Shown: positions 9,670-19,501 of the stretch, in pieces
Layout: every line of letters begins with the position of its first letter
Position numbering within the stretch: the stretch's first letter is position 1
IMG/VR virus record: IMGVR_UViG_3300025133_000052
Coordinates: 1 to 64,000 of that record
Reading direction: 5' to 3' (one strand)
From: a virus
DNA length: 64,000 nucleotides
Notes under the pieces: model-generated
Databases searched by the model: none
Told to the model about the DNA's origin: nothing
Seen by the model: only the letters and a program-made list of their open reading frames with translations
Translations under genes and position numbers: made by a program

Positions 9670-12078
9670 CTATTCTGGAAAACTAGCTCCTGTTGGTAGT
9701 ATGTTGAAATCCAATACGATAAATTCAGCAGTTTTAGTTGGTTGTAAATACAAGTCACCTTTCAATATATTTCTATCGATTACATCTGGTGTATTGTTTG
9801 TTTCATCCATTACAACTTTAAAGGAATATAATCCCTGTCTTTGCTGAATTGATTCTAAATAAGGATTAACAATATTTAAAAATCTATTTCTTGTTGCTGC
9901 GCTGTTTTGTTCAAATACCAAGTACCTTGAAGAACTTGCAATAAACTTTTTAACAGCTATTAATAATCTTCTAACGTTAATTCTGTCTAACGCGCTTGCT
10001 TTTCCTTGAAGTGTTTTTTGACCCCAAACTACAACTCCTTGATTAGGGAATGTTGCAATTGGATTAACTCTACCTTCGTAAAGTGTGTCTCTTTCATCAT
10101 GAGTTAGTCTTGTGTACACCTGTGATACAGCTGTCAACCCTCCTCTGTTTAATCCTGCAGGGGCAAACCATTCGTGTGCAACTCTATCAGTGTAAGCAAT
10201 TACACTTGGTAGCACTACTGAAGGTGGAACCCATACTGGTTTATTTCTGTCAGCATCTAATATCTTAACCCATGGGTAATAAGTACCTGCGTAATTAGAA
10301 TCAAAGGTCTCTACTGATGTAACTGCTGTAGCTATATTATCCGCTATTGCATTATTGTCCATTACGTAGAACGCGTCTCCTCTATCTTCACACATATCTT
10401 TACCTACTGTAGTCACAGCTGAGTGTAATCTGTGTAACACTCCTGGGGTAACTAGCATATTAATATCGTACTCATCAGGATTACTGACTGCGTCAATTGC
10501 TCTTTTGTAGGCTGTGTAGCCTGCAGCTGAAGTTGTTGAGCAATCGTAACCTTGTGTGTTGGTTGTTTTTATATCCGTACCGACTAATTTTCTTGTATTT
10601 GGTTTTAATCCATCAAACCCTCCCTGTAACGGTATCATAAACTTTCTAGAATCAGTAGATGTGTTTGTTGATAGATCAATTGCTCCGGTATACGGAGAAG
10701 CTGCAGTTGGGTAATTGGCTCCGGTGTTTTGATTATGATCACCTAAGTAGAAAGCAGCGTTGCTACCTGTACCGCTATTTGCTGCTGGTAAAGGCTTGAG
10801 ATAGTTAACATTGTCTGTATTTGAAAAGTCGTAATCAAATCCCCAATATTTTTTCTTATTGTAAATACTGTTAATTGTTTGATCTGTAACTACTGAAGAT
10901 GATGGGCAAGTACCAAAGGTTGTAGGTATTGGTTGTATTACTTTTGCGTAACCAAATGGTACTAGTGATGCATTATATGCCTTATCCCCTACTGAACTGT
11001 CTACCTCTACTCTAATATAAGCTGAAAGGTTAGGATAGTCACCGTTAACACTTACTTTTCCGTTAGTATCAGTTGTTAAATACCTATCCCCGATTCTTCT
11101 TGAAATATAATTAGGTGAATCTGGATTTAAATTTAAATTGCTATATGTTTCAAGTACGTTTGGTTTTTGATCTGTGTCATCGTAAGTGTAAGGTGAGTTA
11201 GGAATTTTGTCCTGATCTACTGCTCTGACTACTAATGTAAATGACCCGTAATCTGTACCTGCTAATGTACCACCAGCTTTAATTTCACTAATACCGATTT
11301 TAGTTTCGTAATTTGTAGTATCACCGTGTGACAGCGTATGTATTTTAAGTAAGTTATTTACGTTATTACCATTTACCTTTTGAGAAGTAATCCATGGGGT
11401 ACTAGCAGATGAAAATTCATCACTAAAATCCCAGGTTGAACTACCAGTGTCTACTGATGCTGAGTAAGCTCCTGATATAGCTAATTGCCCAGTTCCGTAA
11501 TTTTTAAAATTAACGTAATTATATACTGGCTCAACACCTTCTGGAGAATCACCAAATACTTTATTTATATTATTTGAATTACTTGTTACATAAGAAGCTG
11601 AATAATACGTACCTACTTTATTTGTAAAATCAGAGTCTGTTTGTGCTGACCCTGATACTAGTAATACGAAAGATCCACTTTCATTTGATGTTAGTGCTGC
11701 TCCTTCGAAAAGTTCAGTTGTCCCTGTACTTGTAATTGTTTTTGTTGGGTGTAATAATGAAATTACATTTCCACCTTCAATACCAAGAGCTATTGGTTTG
11801 GTTAGACTGTATCCTGCTGTTCCTAATAATCTAACGATCGTAACTCTACCTGCACTTTTTAGATATTCTCTTACTGTGTAAGGTATGTATGTTTTTTCGC
11901 TTGATGGACCGAACTTTTGTACAAATTCATCGTACGATTCAACCACTGTAGGTACAAATGCTGGGCCTTTTGTAGTTGGTCCTATGATAGCTGCACCTAT
12001 TTCGCTTATACCCGTTGGTAGAAATGATAAATCATTTTCTGTTGTGAAAACACCGGGGCTTATAATTTTTTCTGCCAT
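9670..12078 (-). CDS. Tail sheath protein (T4 gp18-like)
   Basis: SPGVF..E.D N-terminus; YYPWV, WFAPAG..RG, VWGQKTL, RINVRRL and PTKTAEFI sheath motifs. Confidence 0.95.
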   Translation of the reverse strand: MAEKIISPGVFTTENDLSFLPTGISEIGAAIIGPTTKGPAFVPTVVESYDEFVQKFGPSSEKTYIPYTVREYLKSAGRVTIVRLLGTAGYSLTKPIALGIEGGNVISLLHPTKTITSTGTTELFEGAALTSNESGSFVLLVSGSAQTDSDFTNKVGTYYSASYVTSNSNNINKVFGDSPEGVEPVYNYVNFKNYGTGQLAISGAYSASVDTGSSTWDFSDEFSSASTPWITSQKVNGNNVNNLLKIHTLSHGDTTNYETKIGISEIKAGGTLAGTDYGSFTLVVRAVDQDKIPNSPYTYDDTDQKPNVLETYSNLNLNPDSPNYISRRIGDRYLTTDTNGKVSVNGDYPNLSAYIRVEVDSSVGDKAYNASLVPFGYAKVIQPIPTTFGTCPSSSVVTDQTINSIYNKKKYWGFDYDFSNTDNVNYLKPLPAANSGTGSNAAFYLGDHNQNTGANYPTAASPYTGAIDLSTNTSTDSRKFMIPLQGGFDGLKPNTRKLVGTDIKTTNTQGYDCSTTSAAGYTAYKRAIDAVSNPDEYDINMLVTPGVLHRLHSAVTTVGKDMCEDRGDAFYVMDNNAIADNIATAVTSVETFDSNYAGTYYPWVKILDADRNKPVWVPPSVVLPSVIAYTDRVAHEWFAPAGLNRGGLTAVSQVYTRLTHDERDTLYEGRVNPIATFPNQGVVVWGQKTLQGKASALDRINVRRLLIAVKKFIASSSRYLVFEQNSAATRNRFLNIVNPYLESIQQRQGLYSFKVVMDETNNTPDVIDRNILKGDLYLQPTKTAEFIVLDFNILPTGASFPE

Positions 12079-12173
12079 TTAATTTCCTGCTTGAGTTTAT
12101 GTAGTTATAACTATATAATTTACTTATATAAATATAAGATATTTTTTGGAAACACTATGTTAATAGGCTTATA

Positions 12174-12464
12174 TTAACTATTTGTATCAGTATCTATTGG
12201 AGTAAATTCTCCTGTCTCTAAATTCAACTGACCAGTACCGTATTTTCCATTAAGACTTTCTACTATTGTTGTCTCTGTTTTCTGTAAAGTAGCGTATTGC
12301 TGCTCGAGATCAAACTCAAATTTTTCTAAGTTTTCGAGCTGTTGTTGCAACATCATTTTTTCTACCCTAGCTTGACCAAATTGAGTAGTTGTTTTTGCGT
12401 ACCCTTCTCTTAGGTCCATAAGTTGTTGTAATTCTTCTTGTGTTAGTTTTTTTGTTTCTGACAT
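12174..12464 (-). CDS. Small coiled-coil hypothetical protein
   Basis: Heptad-rich 96 aa ending KYGTGQLNLETGEF; two ATATTTAT motifs upstream. Confidence 0.7.
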   Translation of the reverse strand: MSETKKLTQEELQQLMDLREGYAKTTTQFGQARVEKMMLQQQLENLEKFEFDLEQQYATLQKTETTIVESLNGKYGTGQLNLETGEFTPIDTDTNS

Positions 12465-12532
12465 AACTGTATTTTGTGTATTAAAAATGTACTTTTTCTA
12501 TATAATAAATATCTTATAAATATTCAAAAAAC

Positions 12533-13372
12533 CTATTTAGTCGGTATATCGTTGATATTGTTGATAGTAGTTTCTCCTATAACAATCTGTGCGTTTGTAA
12601 ACCCTTTTCGTACATTATGTTGAGTACCAAAGTCCTTAGGCATTAACGGTGCTTTAGTTTGTAGGGTGATTGTAGACTTATTTATTCTGTCAACTCCCTC
12701 TGTATTAACTGTTTCAAAATTATATGACTGACCTGTTGTTATAAACTTGTATGTATCTCCCCAAGCCATTCCTTCCCAGAATATAAACATCTCGGCAAGC
12801 TTGTTAACCTGATAGGTATATTCTGTCCAGCATATTACTTCATATTCAATATCAACAAAATCAGGTAGATTCATTTCCCATATTTCATCTAATGGTTTTC
12901 TACCTTGTAATACTGAAAATTGATCGTATTTATTTTGTTTAGAGTAATTTTTTCTAAATGTTAATTTATTATCTCGTTTTGCTGCTACTTCATTTTTAGC
13001 TAGTGCTTCTCTTGGAGACATTGAAATTCTTCTAATAGTAATTAAAGGTATTATTAACTTACCTTTATTATCCCTTAGAAATCCGTGTGTTTGTATTGAT
13101 GACCATTTTTCTGGAGAAGCGTACATTACAGGAACGGGGATTCTGGCTCCGTTTTCTTCTACGTATGGTTTAATTTGATTTTCTATAAAGTGAATTATAG
13201 CTGTATCAACGGTTTCGAGTGTAATTTCAAAACTCTGAACTATATCATCATCTCTTCTTACTTGATCAGCTCTGTTTAACCGATCATTGTTTTCTGATGC
13301 AATGTACCCAAATTCATCTATATCGCTAAACGTACTTTGACGCCTTCTCTTTTTTGGTAATCTTGACATCAT
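12533..13372 (-). CDS. Tail terminator/neck protein (gp15-like)
   Basis: PVPVMYASPEKW, P.I...R, PDFVDIEYEVICWT; lies between the head-closure and sheath genes. Confidence 0.65.
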   Translation of the reverse strand: MMSRLPKKRRRQSTFSDIDEFGYIASENNDRLNRADQVRRDDDIVQSFEITLETVDTAIIHFIENQIKPYVEENGARIPVPVMYASPEKWSSIQTHGFLRDNKGKLIIPLITIRRISMSPREALAKNEVAAKRDNKLTFRKNYSKQNKYDQFSVLQGRKPLDEIWEMNLPDFVDIEYEVICWTEYTYQVNKLAEMFIFWEGMAWGDTYKFITTGQSYNFETVNTEGVDRINKSTITLQTKAPLMPKDFGTQHNVRKGFTNAQIVIGETTINNINDIPTK

Positions 13373-13893
13373 TATGAATCCTTAGCTATTTCAATTGTTT
13401 TAGTAATGCCCGATCTAACATCTAATATATTAATTCTACTTTTTCTTGAAAGGTGACCTGTGCACACAAATGATACATTCCACCCGTGAGTCCCACTATT
13501 AAAATCTGTATCTGGATTTTTACCTGCTACGTAAGTATTTTCTACTATACCGTCTATTTCAAAATAATCTAAATCCCATTCTACTATATCCCCGACTTCA
13601 GGGAATATGTTTTGGTCATTCATAGTGTCTCTTAGGAATCCGAATGTAATTGCTTGATTGTAATCCATTCCAAATTCATCTCCTGTGTACGCTTGATCTT
13701 CCCTACCTACTAAGCATTTAATCTTCATTGGATTGTAATATACTTTTTGAGAGCTTTCCCCGTAAACATTTTCTTCAGTATCGTTCAGTGAGAGTTTAAA
13801 GTAAACGATATCTACACTTACAATATTATTTATAAGTTCTTTATTTAGGTGCCTAAATAAACTTGCGTCTCTTGATGATCCAAATAATGCCAT
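13372..13893 (-). CDS. Head closure/neck protein (gp14-like)
   Basis: NVYGES, PEVGDIV.W...YFEI pattern; neck-operon position. Confidence 0.65.
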   Translation of the reverse strand: MALFGSSRDASLFRHLNKELINNIVSVDIVYFKLSLNDTEENVYGESSQKVYYNPMKIKCLVGREDQAYTGDEFGMDYNQAITFGFLRDTMNDQNIFPEVGDIVEWDLDYFEIDGIVENTYVAGKNPDTDFNSGTHGWNVSFVCTGHLSRKSRINILDVRSGITKTIEIAKDS

Positions 13894-13899
13894 TTAATT

Positions 13900-15063
13900 T
13901 TACCCTGTATAAATCTTAAGTGGTGATTTATTTAACTGTTCTTGTAGGAATTCAGACTCTTCTTTTTTACGTTCAAGTAGATTACGTTTACTCATTGAAT
14001 CTAAATGTTCCCTTAATTCAGTCATAAGTGATTCTAATTCCGTTGAAGCTTGAGATAGTAAGTCTGCTCCGTTTAAGCTTATTTCAGCATTAGGTATTGG
14101 GATTGTCCCGTACTTACTTCTTATGTTACCTAACATTTCTTTTGCAAGTGCTAATGTATATTTAAATATCCATTGTCTCCCAACGTCGTTTATCTTAGTG
14201 TACTCTATCCTATCGTACGGGACATTACTGTAATCAGTTATAACTCCATCCGTAGATGTTGTATTTGTAGCTTTTATTGGATTAGATCTGTCTGATTTTA
14301 CAATATATTCAAAATATAAATTATAGTCATTTACTGGTAAAGGGAATAAGGTTAATTTATTATTTATTAATTGAAACGAATATTGTGATTTACGTATTAT
14401 ATCGTTAAATTCAATTGCCTGTAATCTTAACAAGTCTGCATGCATAGGCATCATCATAAACGATACGCCCGGTGAATAATTTCCCCAACCAAAAGCGTCT
14501 AGCATTTGATTTGCACCCATTCCTGTACCTACAAATGGATCAAAATATCTTGATATCGCGGGTGGTGGATCGTGAAAAATTCTTTTAATTTCAATTTGGT
14601 TTCCAGATTCATGAACGTCTCTAAATAATACATCGAGATCGTAATACTGAGTACCATCTTTAACGGCAAGTGATCCTGTTTTCCAATTTACGTTACCACC
14701 GGTACCGGATTCAACCCCATATTCTTCGGATAACGTTATTACGTGTCCTAAATTATTTGATATTTCTTTACCGGTAAGATTTGATCCTGTAGGAGCTCCT
14801 CGAAGTTCTAGTAAGTAATCTTTAATATTAAATGAATTAACTTGATTTCCATATTCTGATGTTGCTTCTTCAAAACAAGCGTAAAAGTTAATATCTTGTA
14901 GCTCGACTTCAGTGATAGGATATCCTAAACGTCGTGCACAGAAATCTGCAGCTTTGTCAGCTGATGACGTAAATGCTGTATCTGAATCAAAAAAACCAAA
15001 CGGTGTTGGGTTTGTTACTTCTCCAAATGAGCTACTACCTGGCCAAATTGGTATATTTGCCAT
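13900..15063 (-). CDS. Neck/adaptor protein (gp13-like)
   Basis: RRLGYP..EVEL N-terminus and WIFKYTLALAKEMLG..RSKY..IP....LNG C-terminus, typical of gp13-like adaptors. Confidence 0.75.
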   Translation of the reverse strand: MANIPIWPGSSSFGEVTNPTPFGFFDSDTAFTSSADKAADFCARRLGYPITEVELQDINFYACFEEATSEYGNQVNSFNIKDYLLELRGAPTGSNLTGKEISNNLGHVITLSEEYGVESGTGGNVNWKTGSLAVKDGTQYYDLDVLFRDVHESGNQIEIKRIFHDPPPAISRYFDPFVGTGMGANQMLDAFGWGNYSPGVSFMMMPMHADLLRLQAIEFNDIIRKSQYSFQLINNKLTLFPLPVNDYNLYFEYIVKSDRSNPIKATNTTSTDGVITDYSNVPYDRIEYTKINDVGRQWIFKYTLALAKEMLGNIRSKYGTIPIPNAEISLNGADLLSQASTELESLMTELREHLDSMSKRNLLERKKEESEFLQEQLNKSPLKIYTG

Positions 15064-15089
15064 TTATAATTCCTCTTTTATATAAATAT

Positions 15090-15764
15090 TTATTTTTTTG
15101 TTAAAGCGTTATATTCACGTAGAATTTCATCGACTATTGAGTGTCTATGATTTTTTTGTAATTCTATTACGTCAAAATCGTTTACCTTATCTTTGAGTTG
15201 ACAAAGAAAATCAAACCCCGAAGATGATTGTACTTTTAAATCGTTTTGTCTTAAATCACCACATATAACCATCTTACTGTTTATTCCAATTCTGGATAGT
15301 ATCATTTCCATTTGATCATCAGTTACGTTTTGAGCTTCATCTACTATTATAAATGAATTTAAAAAAGTCCGACCTCTCATAAATGATAGCGGGACAATTT
15401 CAACTAAACCTTCATGTACGATCGCGTCTATTTTATCTCGGTTATATAAATTGTACATATTAGCATATATTGGACTTACCCACGGATCCATTTTTTCAGC
15501 TAAGGAACCAGGTAGGAAACCTATATCTTCTTTTGATACAGTTGGTCGAGTAATTATTATTGAATCTACTCTCCTCGTAAATAACATATCAAGCGCAGCT
15601 TGACAAGCTACTAATGTTTTACCACTTCCAGCCTTTCCTTTTATTACTGTAATTGCATTTGATAATATAAGACGCTTAGCTTCCTTTTGTTCTTCGTTAA
15701 GTGAAAGTTGAAATTTAATCGGATTTTTTGGTACTCTCTTTTGAGAATTTTGCTTAATTGCCAT
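15090..15764 (-). CDS. phoH: PhoH-family ATPase
   Basis: GKAGSGKT Walker A, GFLPG, MRGRTF, IIVDEAQN, GDLRQND, HRH. Confidence 0.95.
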   Translation of the reverse strand: MAIKQNSQKRVPKNPIKFQLSLNEEQKEAKRLILSNAITVIKGKAGSGKTLVACQAALDMLFTRRVDSIIITRPTVSKEDIGFLPGSLAEKMDPWVSPIYANMYNLYNRDKIDAIVHEGLVEIVPLSFMRGRTFLNSFIIVDEAQNVTDDQMEMILSRIGINSKMVICGDLRQNDLKVQSSSGFDFLCQLKDKVNDFDVIELQKNHRHSIVDEILREYNALTKK

Positions 15765-15811
15765 GTATTAATTATTTGTTATAAATATGTAAGGTATACA
15801 CTTAAAAACAC

Positions 15812-15842
15812 AAAAAAAGGTAGCCAAATTAATGACTACCTT
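15812..15842 (-). terminator. Intrinsic terminator after the major capsid gene
   Basis: Minus strand AAGGTAGTCA-TTAATT-TGGCTACCTT followed by a T-run. Confidence 0.85.
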
Positions 15843-15866
15843 CTTATATTAAAGAATTATACTAGA

Positions 15867-17510
15867 TTAAAGTCTATCAAGTCCTGAGACGTAAACTTTA
15901 CCATAGAATTCTGGTCTAACCATTTTCTTAGCATATCTAGTCATTACACCTTTACGCGGAGTAAAGTTGGTTGGATCGTAGATAAGTGGAGTCATGATTA
16001 ATGGTACATATGGAGCGTAGACAGCACCAGTTTCTAAGAACTGAGTACCTCTATATCCCATTAGTACAGTGTTTTCTAGCATGTAAGGGTTCTTGTAAAC
16101 GGTCCATCTGTTATTTAATGCACCGATTTTTTGAACACCCATTGCAAATTGCATTTTATCACCATCAGTATCAGCAGCATATCCTGGGATAGACTCGATA
16201 ATAGTAGCAACAGTTGGGGAACAACATATAAAGTTAGCTCCACCTCTCATTGTTAATTGGTGAATTTTGTTAGAAACTTTCTGTAACTTAGTACCTAGAG
16301 TTTGGAACCATGTTCCTTGGTTGTAAGCTTGTCCACTTGAAGCAGCATTTTCGAATGCAGTTGTAGCGGCGTTATACTGATAACCAACTCTTGCTGACCA
16401 GTAGTCAGTTGTTTGAGCACTTTCGATTAACATATCTAAAATCTCTAAATCAATCTCTTGTGAGATGTATTCAGAAAGCATAGAAGTTAATTCTGCTTCA
16501 GCGTCGATAGAATGATAAGCATTCAAGTCTTGTGCGAACTCAGGAGTCCATACAGCTTTAAGCTTTCTAGTCTTAGCAACGATTGGCACAGAATTCATTG
16601 TTACGTTAATTTCTGGAATGTCAATTGTAGTATCTTGCAATTGTGAATTACCTTCCTCAAAATCACCTCTACTAGTATCGGTAGGTTGAGCTTGGTAAGA
16701 AACTTTTGCGTTAGCTGGATCACCTGTACCAGTACCTTGTACGATAAAAGTAACTTGTGATTCGTCACTATTCACAGATGTGAATTGTGGGAAATAAGCA
16801 TTAATGCCTGATCCAGAGATTTCAAATGCTCTTGATCCTTTCATGTCAGGTCTAGTTAAAGATGCTGATGGAAAGGTAAGCTTAAATAGTCCATTTGAAG
16901 ATTGATCAGCTGCGTACGATGCAGAAAAATCAGAATCAAAATTGATGTCTGAAGTACTAGCTGCAGCAACAACAACTGTAGTTGCAATTGAACCTGATGA
17001 AACAATAGATGTAGTTGCCTCGTTAATAGAGTAACCAAATCTGCCAGCGCCGTAAAGACCTTCAGAAGGTGCAGTACCGCTTGCTGCGTCTGTAATACCA
17101 AACGTTGAATCGGCTTGGCTTGAGTTTGCAGCACCAGTGTTAAATCCTGGTTGAGCTGTTCCATATTTAAAATCTAAATAAAATACTAGTCCCGATGGTA
17201 GGTTCATTGGTTGAACTGATACCATTTCTTTCGCTGCTATTTCAGCGAAAACCCTTCTTACTAATGGAAGTGCAACACCTGACCACTCTTCAGAGTTAGA
17301 TGCTGTTCCAGTTTTTGATGCCTCATCAATTAACTGTTTTGCTTGGTTTTCCAATAGGATAGCCATACCGTGTTTTTCGTATTCGCTATCAAGACCTTCT
17401 AAAAGTCCTGTTCTTTCCCATTTTGATACCAACTCACGTGTTTCCTCTTTGAGTTTACGTGAATGGTCACCTGCACTTGCCATTAAATTTGAAATATTCA
17501 TGTTTGCCAT
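15867..17510 (-). CDS. Major capsid protein (T4 gp23-like)
   Basis: LLENQ, VSVQPM..PSGLVF, AKTRKLKA.WT.E.AQDL.AYH..DAEAEL, YAPYVPL, GVMTRYA. Confidence 0.97.
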   Translation of the reverse strand: MANMNISNLMASAGDHSRKLKEETRELVSKWERTGLLEGLDSEYEKHGMAILLENQAKQLIDEASKTGTASNSEEWSGVALPLVRRVFAEIAAKEMVSVQPMNLPSGLVFYLDFKYGTAQPGFNTGAANSSQADSTFGITDAASGTAPSEGLYGAGRFGYSINEATTSIVSSGSIATTVVVAAASTSDINFDSDFSASYAADQSSNGLFKLTFPSASLTRPDMKGSRAFEISGSGINAYFPQFTSVNSDESQVTFIVQGTGTGDPANAKVSYQAQPTDTSRGDFEEGNSQLQDTTIDIPEINVTMNSVPIVAKTRKLKAVWTPEFAQDLNAYHSIDAEAELTSMLSEYISQEIDLEILDMLIESAQTTDYWSARVGYQYNAATTAFENAASSGQAYNQGTWFQTLGTKLQKVSNKIHQLTMRGGANFICCSPTVATIIESIPGYAADTDGDKMQFAMGVQKIGALNNRWTVYKNPYMLENTVLMGYRGTQFLETGAVYAPYVPLIMTPLIYDPTNFTPRKGVMTRYAKKMVRPEFYGKVYVSGLDRL

Positions 17511-17543
17511 GTTTTTATCCCTTTTAATGTGTTTTTAAAAATA

Positions 17544-18509
17544 TTATCTAATTAAACCGGCTAATTTCTTAAATCTATTAGCTAGTTCGTTACCTTCAGT
17601 AATTACTTGTTTTGAAGGTGCAGTTGATGCAACTGTTTTACTCGCTGTACCTTCGTTAACAGTTCTTTTGTTACCGTTAGCGTAAGATTCTGCGATTGTA
17701 GCATAAACCAATTTAACTTCTCGTAAGGTTGTAGCCCTATCGAAGTTCTCAATGACCTTAATTTTTTGAGATTCATTTAAATTGTATGCTTTAAATAGTT
17801 TATTTGAAAACAAAAGTTTTGCATTCAATAAATTAATCTCATTAATTTTGTCTTTTAAGAATTTGATAACGCCGTAAGCTTCTTTAAGTTCAGCTGCTTT
17901 TACCTCTAAAGTAACACCAGCATCAGACATACCTTTAGATAAATCAGAGCCAAGATGTCCTGGATCGTTTTCGTCTTCGTCTTCGTCTTCTTCTTTTAGA
18001 GCTGCGATAATTTCGTCAAGGTCAACTTCTTCTTCGTCCTCACCTTCTTCTTCGGTAAGTTCATCGTCTTCTTCATCAGTTGGATCAACAGCTTCTATAG
18101 CTACTTCTTCTTCTTCTGCGTCAACTTCTAATTCGTCTTCCTCTTCTAATTCTAGCTCTTTGATGATTGATTCTAGATCAAGTTCGTCTTCGACTTCGTC
18201 TCCGATTTCTTCTTCACCTTCGATCTCATCACCAATTGGTGCTTCTTCTGTGGCCACTTCTAGGTCTTCGAGTTCATCTTCGCCCTCGATTGCTTCTAGA
18301 TCTTCTATTTCTCCTTCTTCTTCCATTCCTAATTCTTCGTCTTCAATAGTATCTACATCGTCTTCTTCCATTTCGTTTTGAAGTTTAGCGGATAACATTG
18401 ATTGAAGTTTTGGTGTGAAAGCTTCTTCGAGAGCAAGTTTAGCGTTAGCCATAGCAGTTTCTCTTACAGCTTTTGCGTCAGCAATTGCTTCTTTTAATAA
18501 ATCGTTCAT
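17544..18509 (-). CDS. Prohead core/scaffold protein
   Basis: Highly acidic centre and coiled-coil C-terminus; immediately upstream of the MCP. Confidence 0.8.
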   Translation of the reverse strand: MNDLLKEAIADAKAVRETAMANAKLALEEAFTPKLQSMLSAKLQNEMEEDDVDTIEDEELGMEEEGEIEDLEAIEGEDELEDLEVATEEAPIGDEIEGEEEIGDEVEDELDLESIIKELELEEEDELEVDAEEEEVAIEAVDPTDEEDDELTEEEGEDEEEVDLDEIIAALKEEDEDEDENDPGHLGSDLSKGMSDAGVTLEVKAAELKEAYGVIKFLKDKINEINLLNAKLLFSNKLFKAYNLNESQKIKVIENFDRATTLREVKLVYATIAESYANGNKRTVNEGTASKTVASTAPSKQVITEGNELANRFKKLAGLIR

Positions 18510-18680
18510 AATAAAACCCTTTATTATTGTATTGGGATTCTACAACTATTGAGACTGTGCAAGTTGTAATAGGAAATTATAAAAATCTGTTTTGACCTCT
18601 ATAGGAATAGAGTATTGTTAAAACATATATAAATATGTCTTTTATTTCAAAACACTCTAATGTGTTGAGTCGGATTGTAG

Positions 18681-18947
18681 TTAGAATAATTTAGAATCTC
18701 TATCTTCCTTAGACATTCTTTTTTGTATTAAAATAGCGTGCTCATTTTGAAGTCGCTTTGTGTGAGATTTTTTTACGAAAAATCGATTTTCTCGTACTTT
18801 AATTAGTACTTCAGTATCTTTTATTTTTCTTTTAAAAATCTTAAGGGCCATTTCAACGTTATTATTATTGACTCGAACCCCGTTGGAGGAACCAGGCAGT
18901 GTATGATCGTTCTTTTTTCGAAAGTAATTATAACTAGGTAATCTCAT
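18681..18947 (-). CDS. rpsU: Phage-encoded ribosomal protein bS21 with an N-terminal extension
   Basis: VRV....VEMALKIFKRKIK...L...RENRFFVKKS..KR matches the bS21 pattern (IE.ALRRFKR...R.R..F.KPS..R). bS21 inside head modules is known in large Bacteroidetes phages. Confidence 0.8.
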   Translation of the reverse strand: MRLPSYNYFRKKNDHTLPGSSNGVRVNNNNVEMALKIFKRKIKDTEVLIKVRENRFFVKKSHTKRLQNEHAILIQKRMSKEDRDSKLF

Positions 18948-18962
18948 TTATATTAAAAATTA

Positions 18963-19487
18963 TTATTTATCAGATTGTTTAGCTATTACGCTAAGCTTGT
19001 GATGTAAGTACTCATCTGAGTCATCACTATCCCCGTCGTTATCAACATCTTGATCTTCCATATCTTCAAGATCTCCTTCTGCCTCCTTATCATCAATAAA
19101 ATCAGCTTCGTTGATATTGTAATATTTTGAAAGTGTAGTTCCTATATCTTCGTAGGATCCCTCTAACCGTTGTTGCAGTACGGTAATTTCTTTTGCAGTT
19201 TTTTCAAATAACTTAACAGAGTCGTTAAGATGTTTCATGTGTCGACCGACAGTAACATTATCAAACCAATCTTCAGATTCACCCAATGTTACATCTTTAG
19301 CACTGTTACATAATTCCTTAATTGCATTTGTAACGTCTTTAAGATCAGATTCTCTGTAAATAGATTTATTAAAATCATTAAATTTAGAAACTGCCTCTAT
19401 AAAGGTTTTTTTATCTTCATTAGTGAATTTAGCTTTAGTTTCTTCATCTGTAAGCCATGATTCATTTATTAGTTTTGATAATTTCAT
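18963..19487 (-). CDS. Hypothetical head-associated protein with a C-terminal DxDxDGD (Ca-binding-like) motif
   Basis: MKLSKLINE N-terminus; DVDNDGDSDDSDEYL near the C-terminus. Confidence 0.7.
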   Translation of the reverse strand: MKLSKLINESWLTDEETKAKFTNEDKKTFIEAVSKFNDFNKSIYRESDLKDVTNAIKELCNSAKDVTLGESEDWFDNVTVGRHMKHLNDSVKLFEKTAKEITVLQQRLEGSYEDIGTTLSKYYNINEADFIDDKEAEGDLEDMEDQDVDNDGDSDDSDEYLHHKLSVIAKQSDK

Positions 19488-19501
19488 AATAACTGCTTTC
19501 T

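Noticed and set aside
16856-17164. Alternative-frame minus ORFs inside the MCP, TerL-N (25914-26111) and the LamG protein (49094-49285)
   Set aside because: Fully nested out-of-frame ORFs explained by the codon bias of the host gene; no motifs.
17960-18380. tcttc-rich low-complexity DNA resembling a tandem repeat
   Set aside because: It simply encodes the Glu/Asp-rich region of the scaffold protein.
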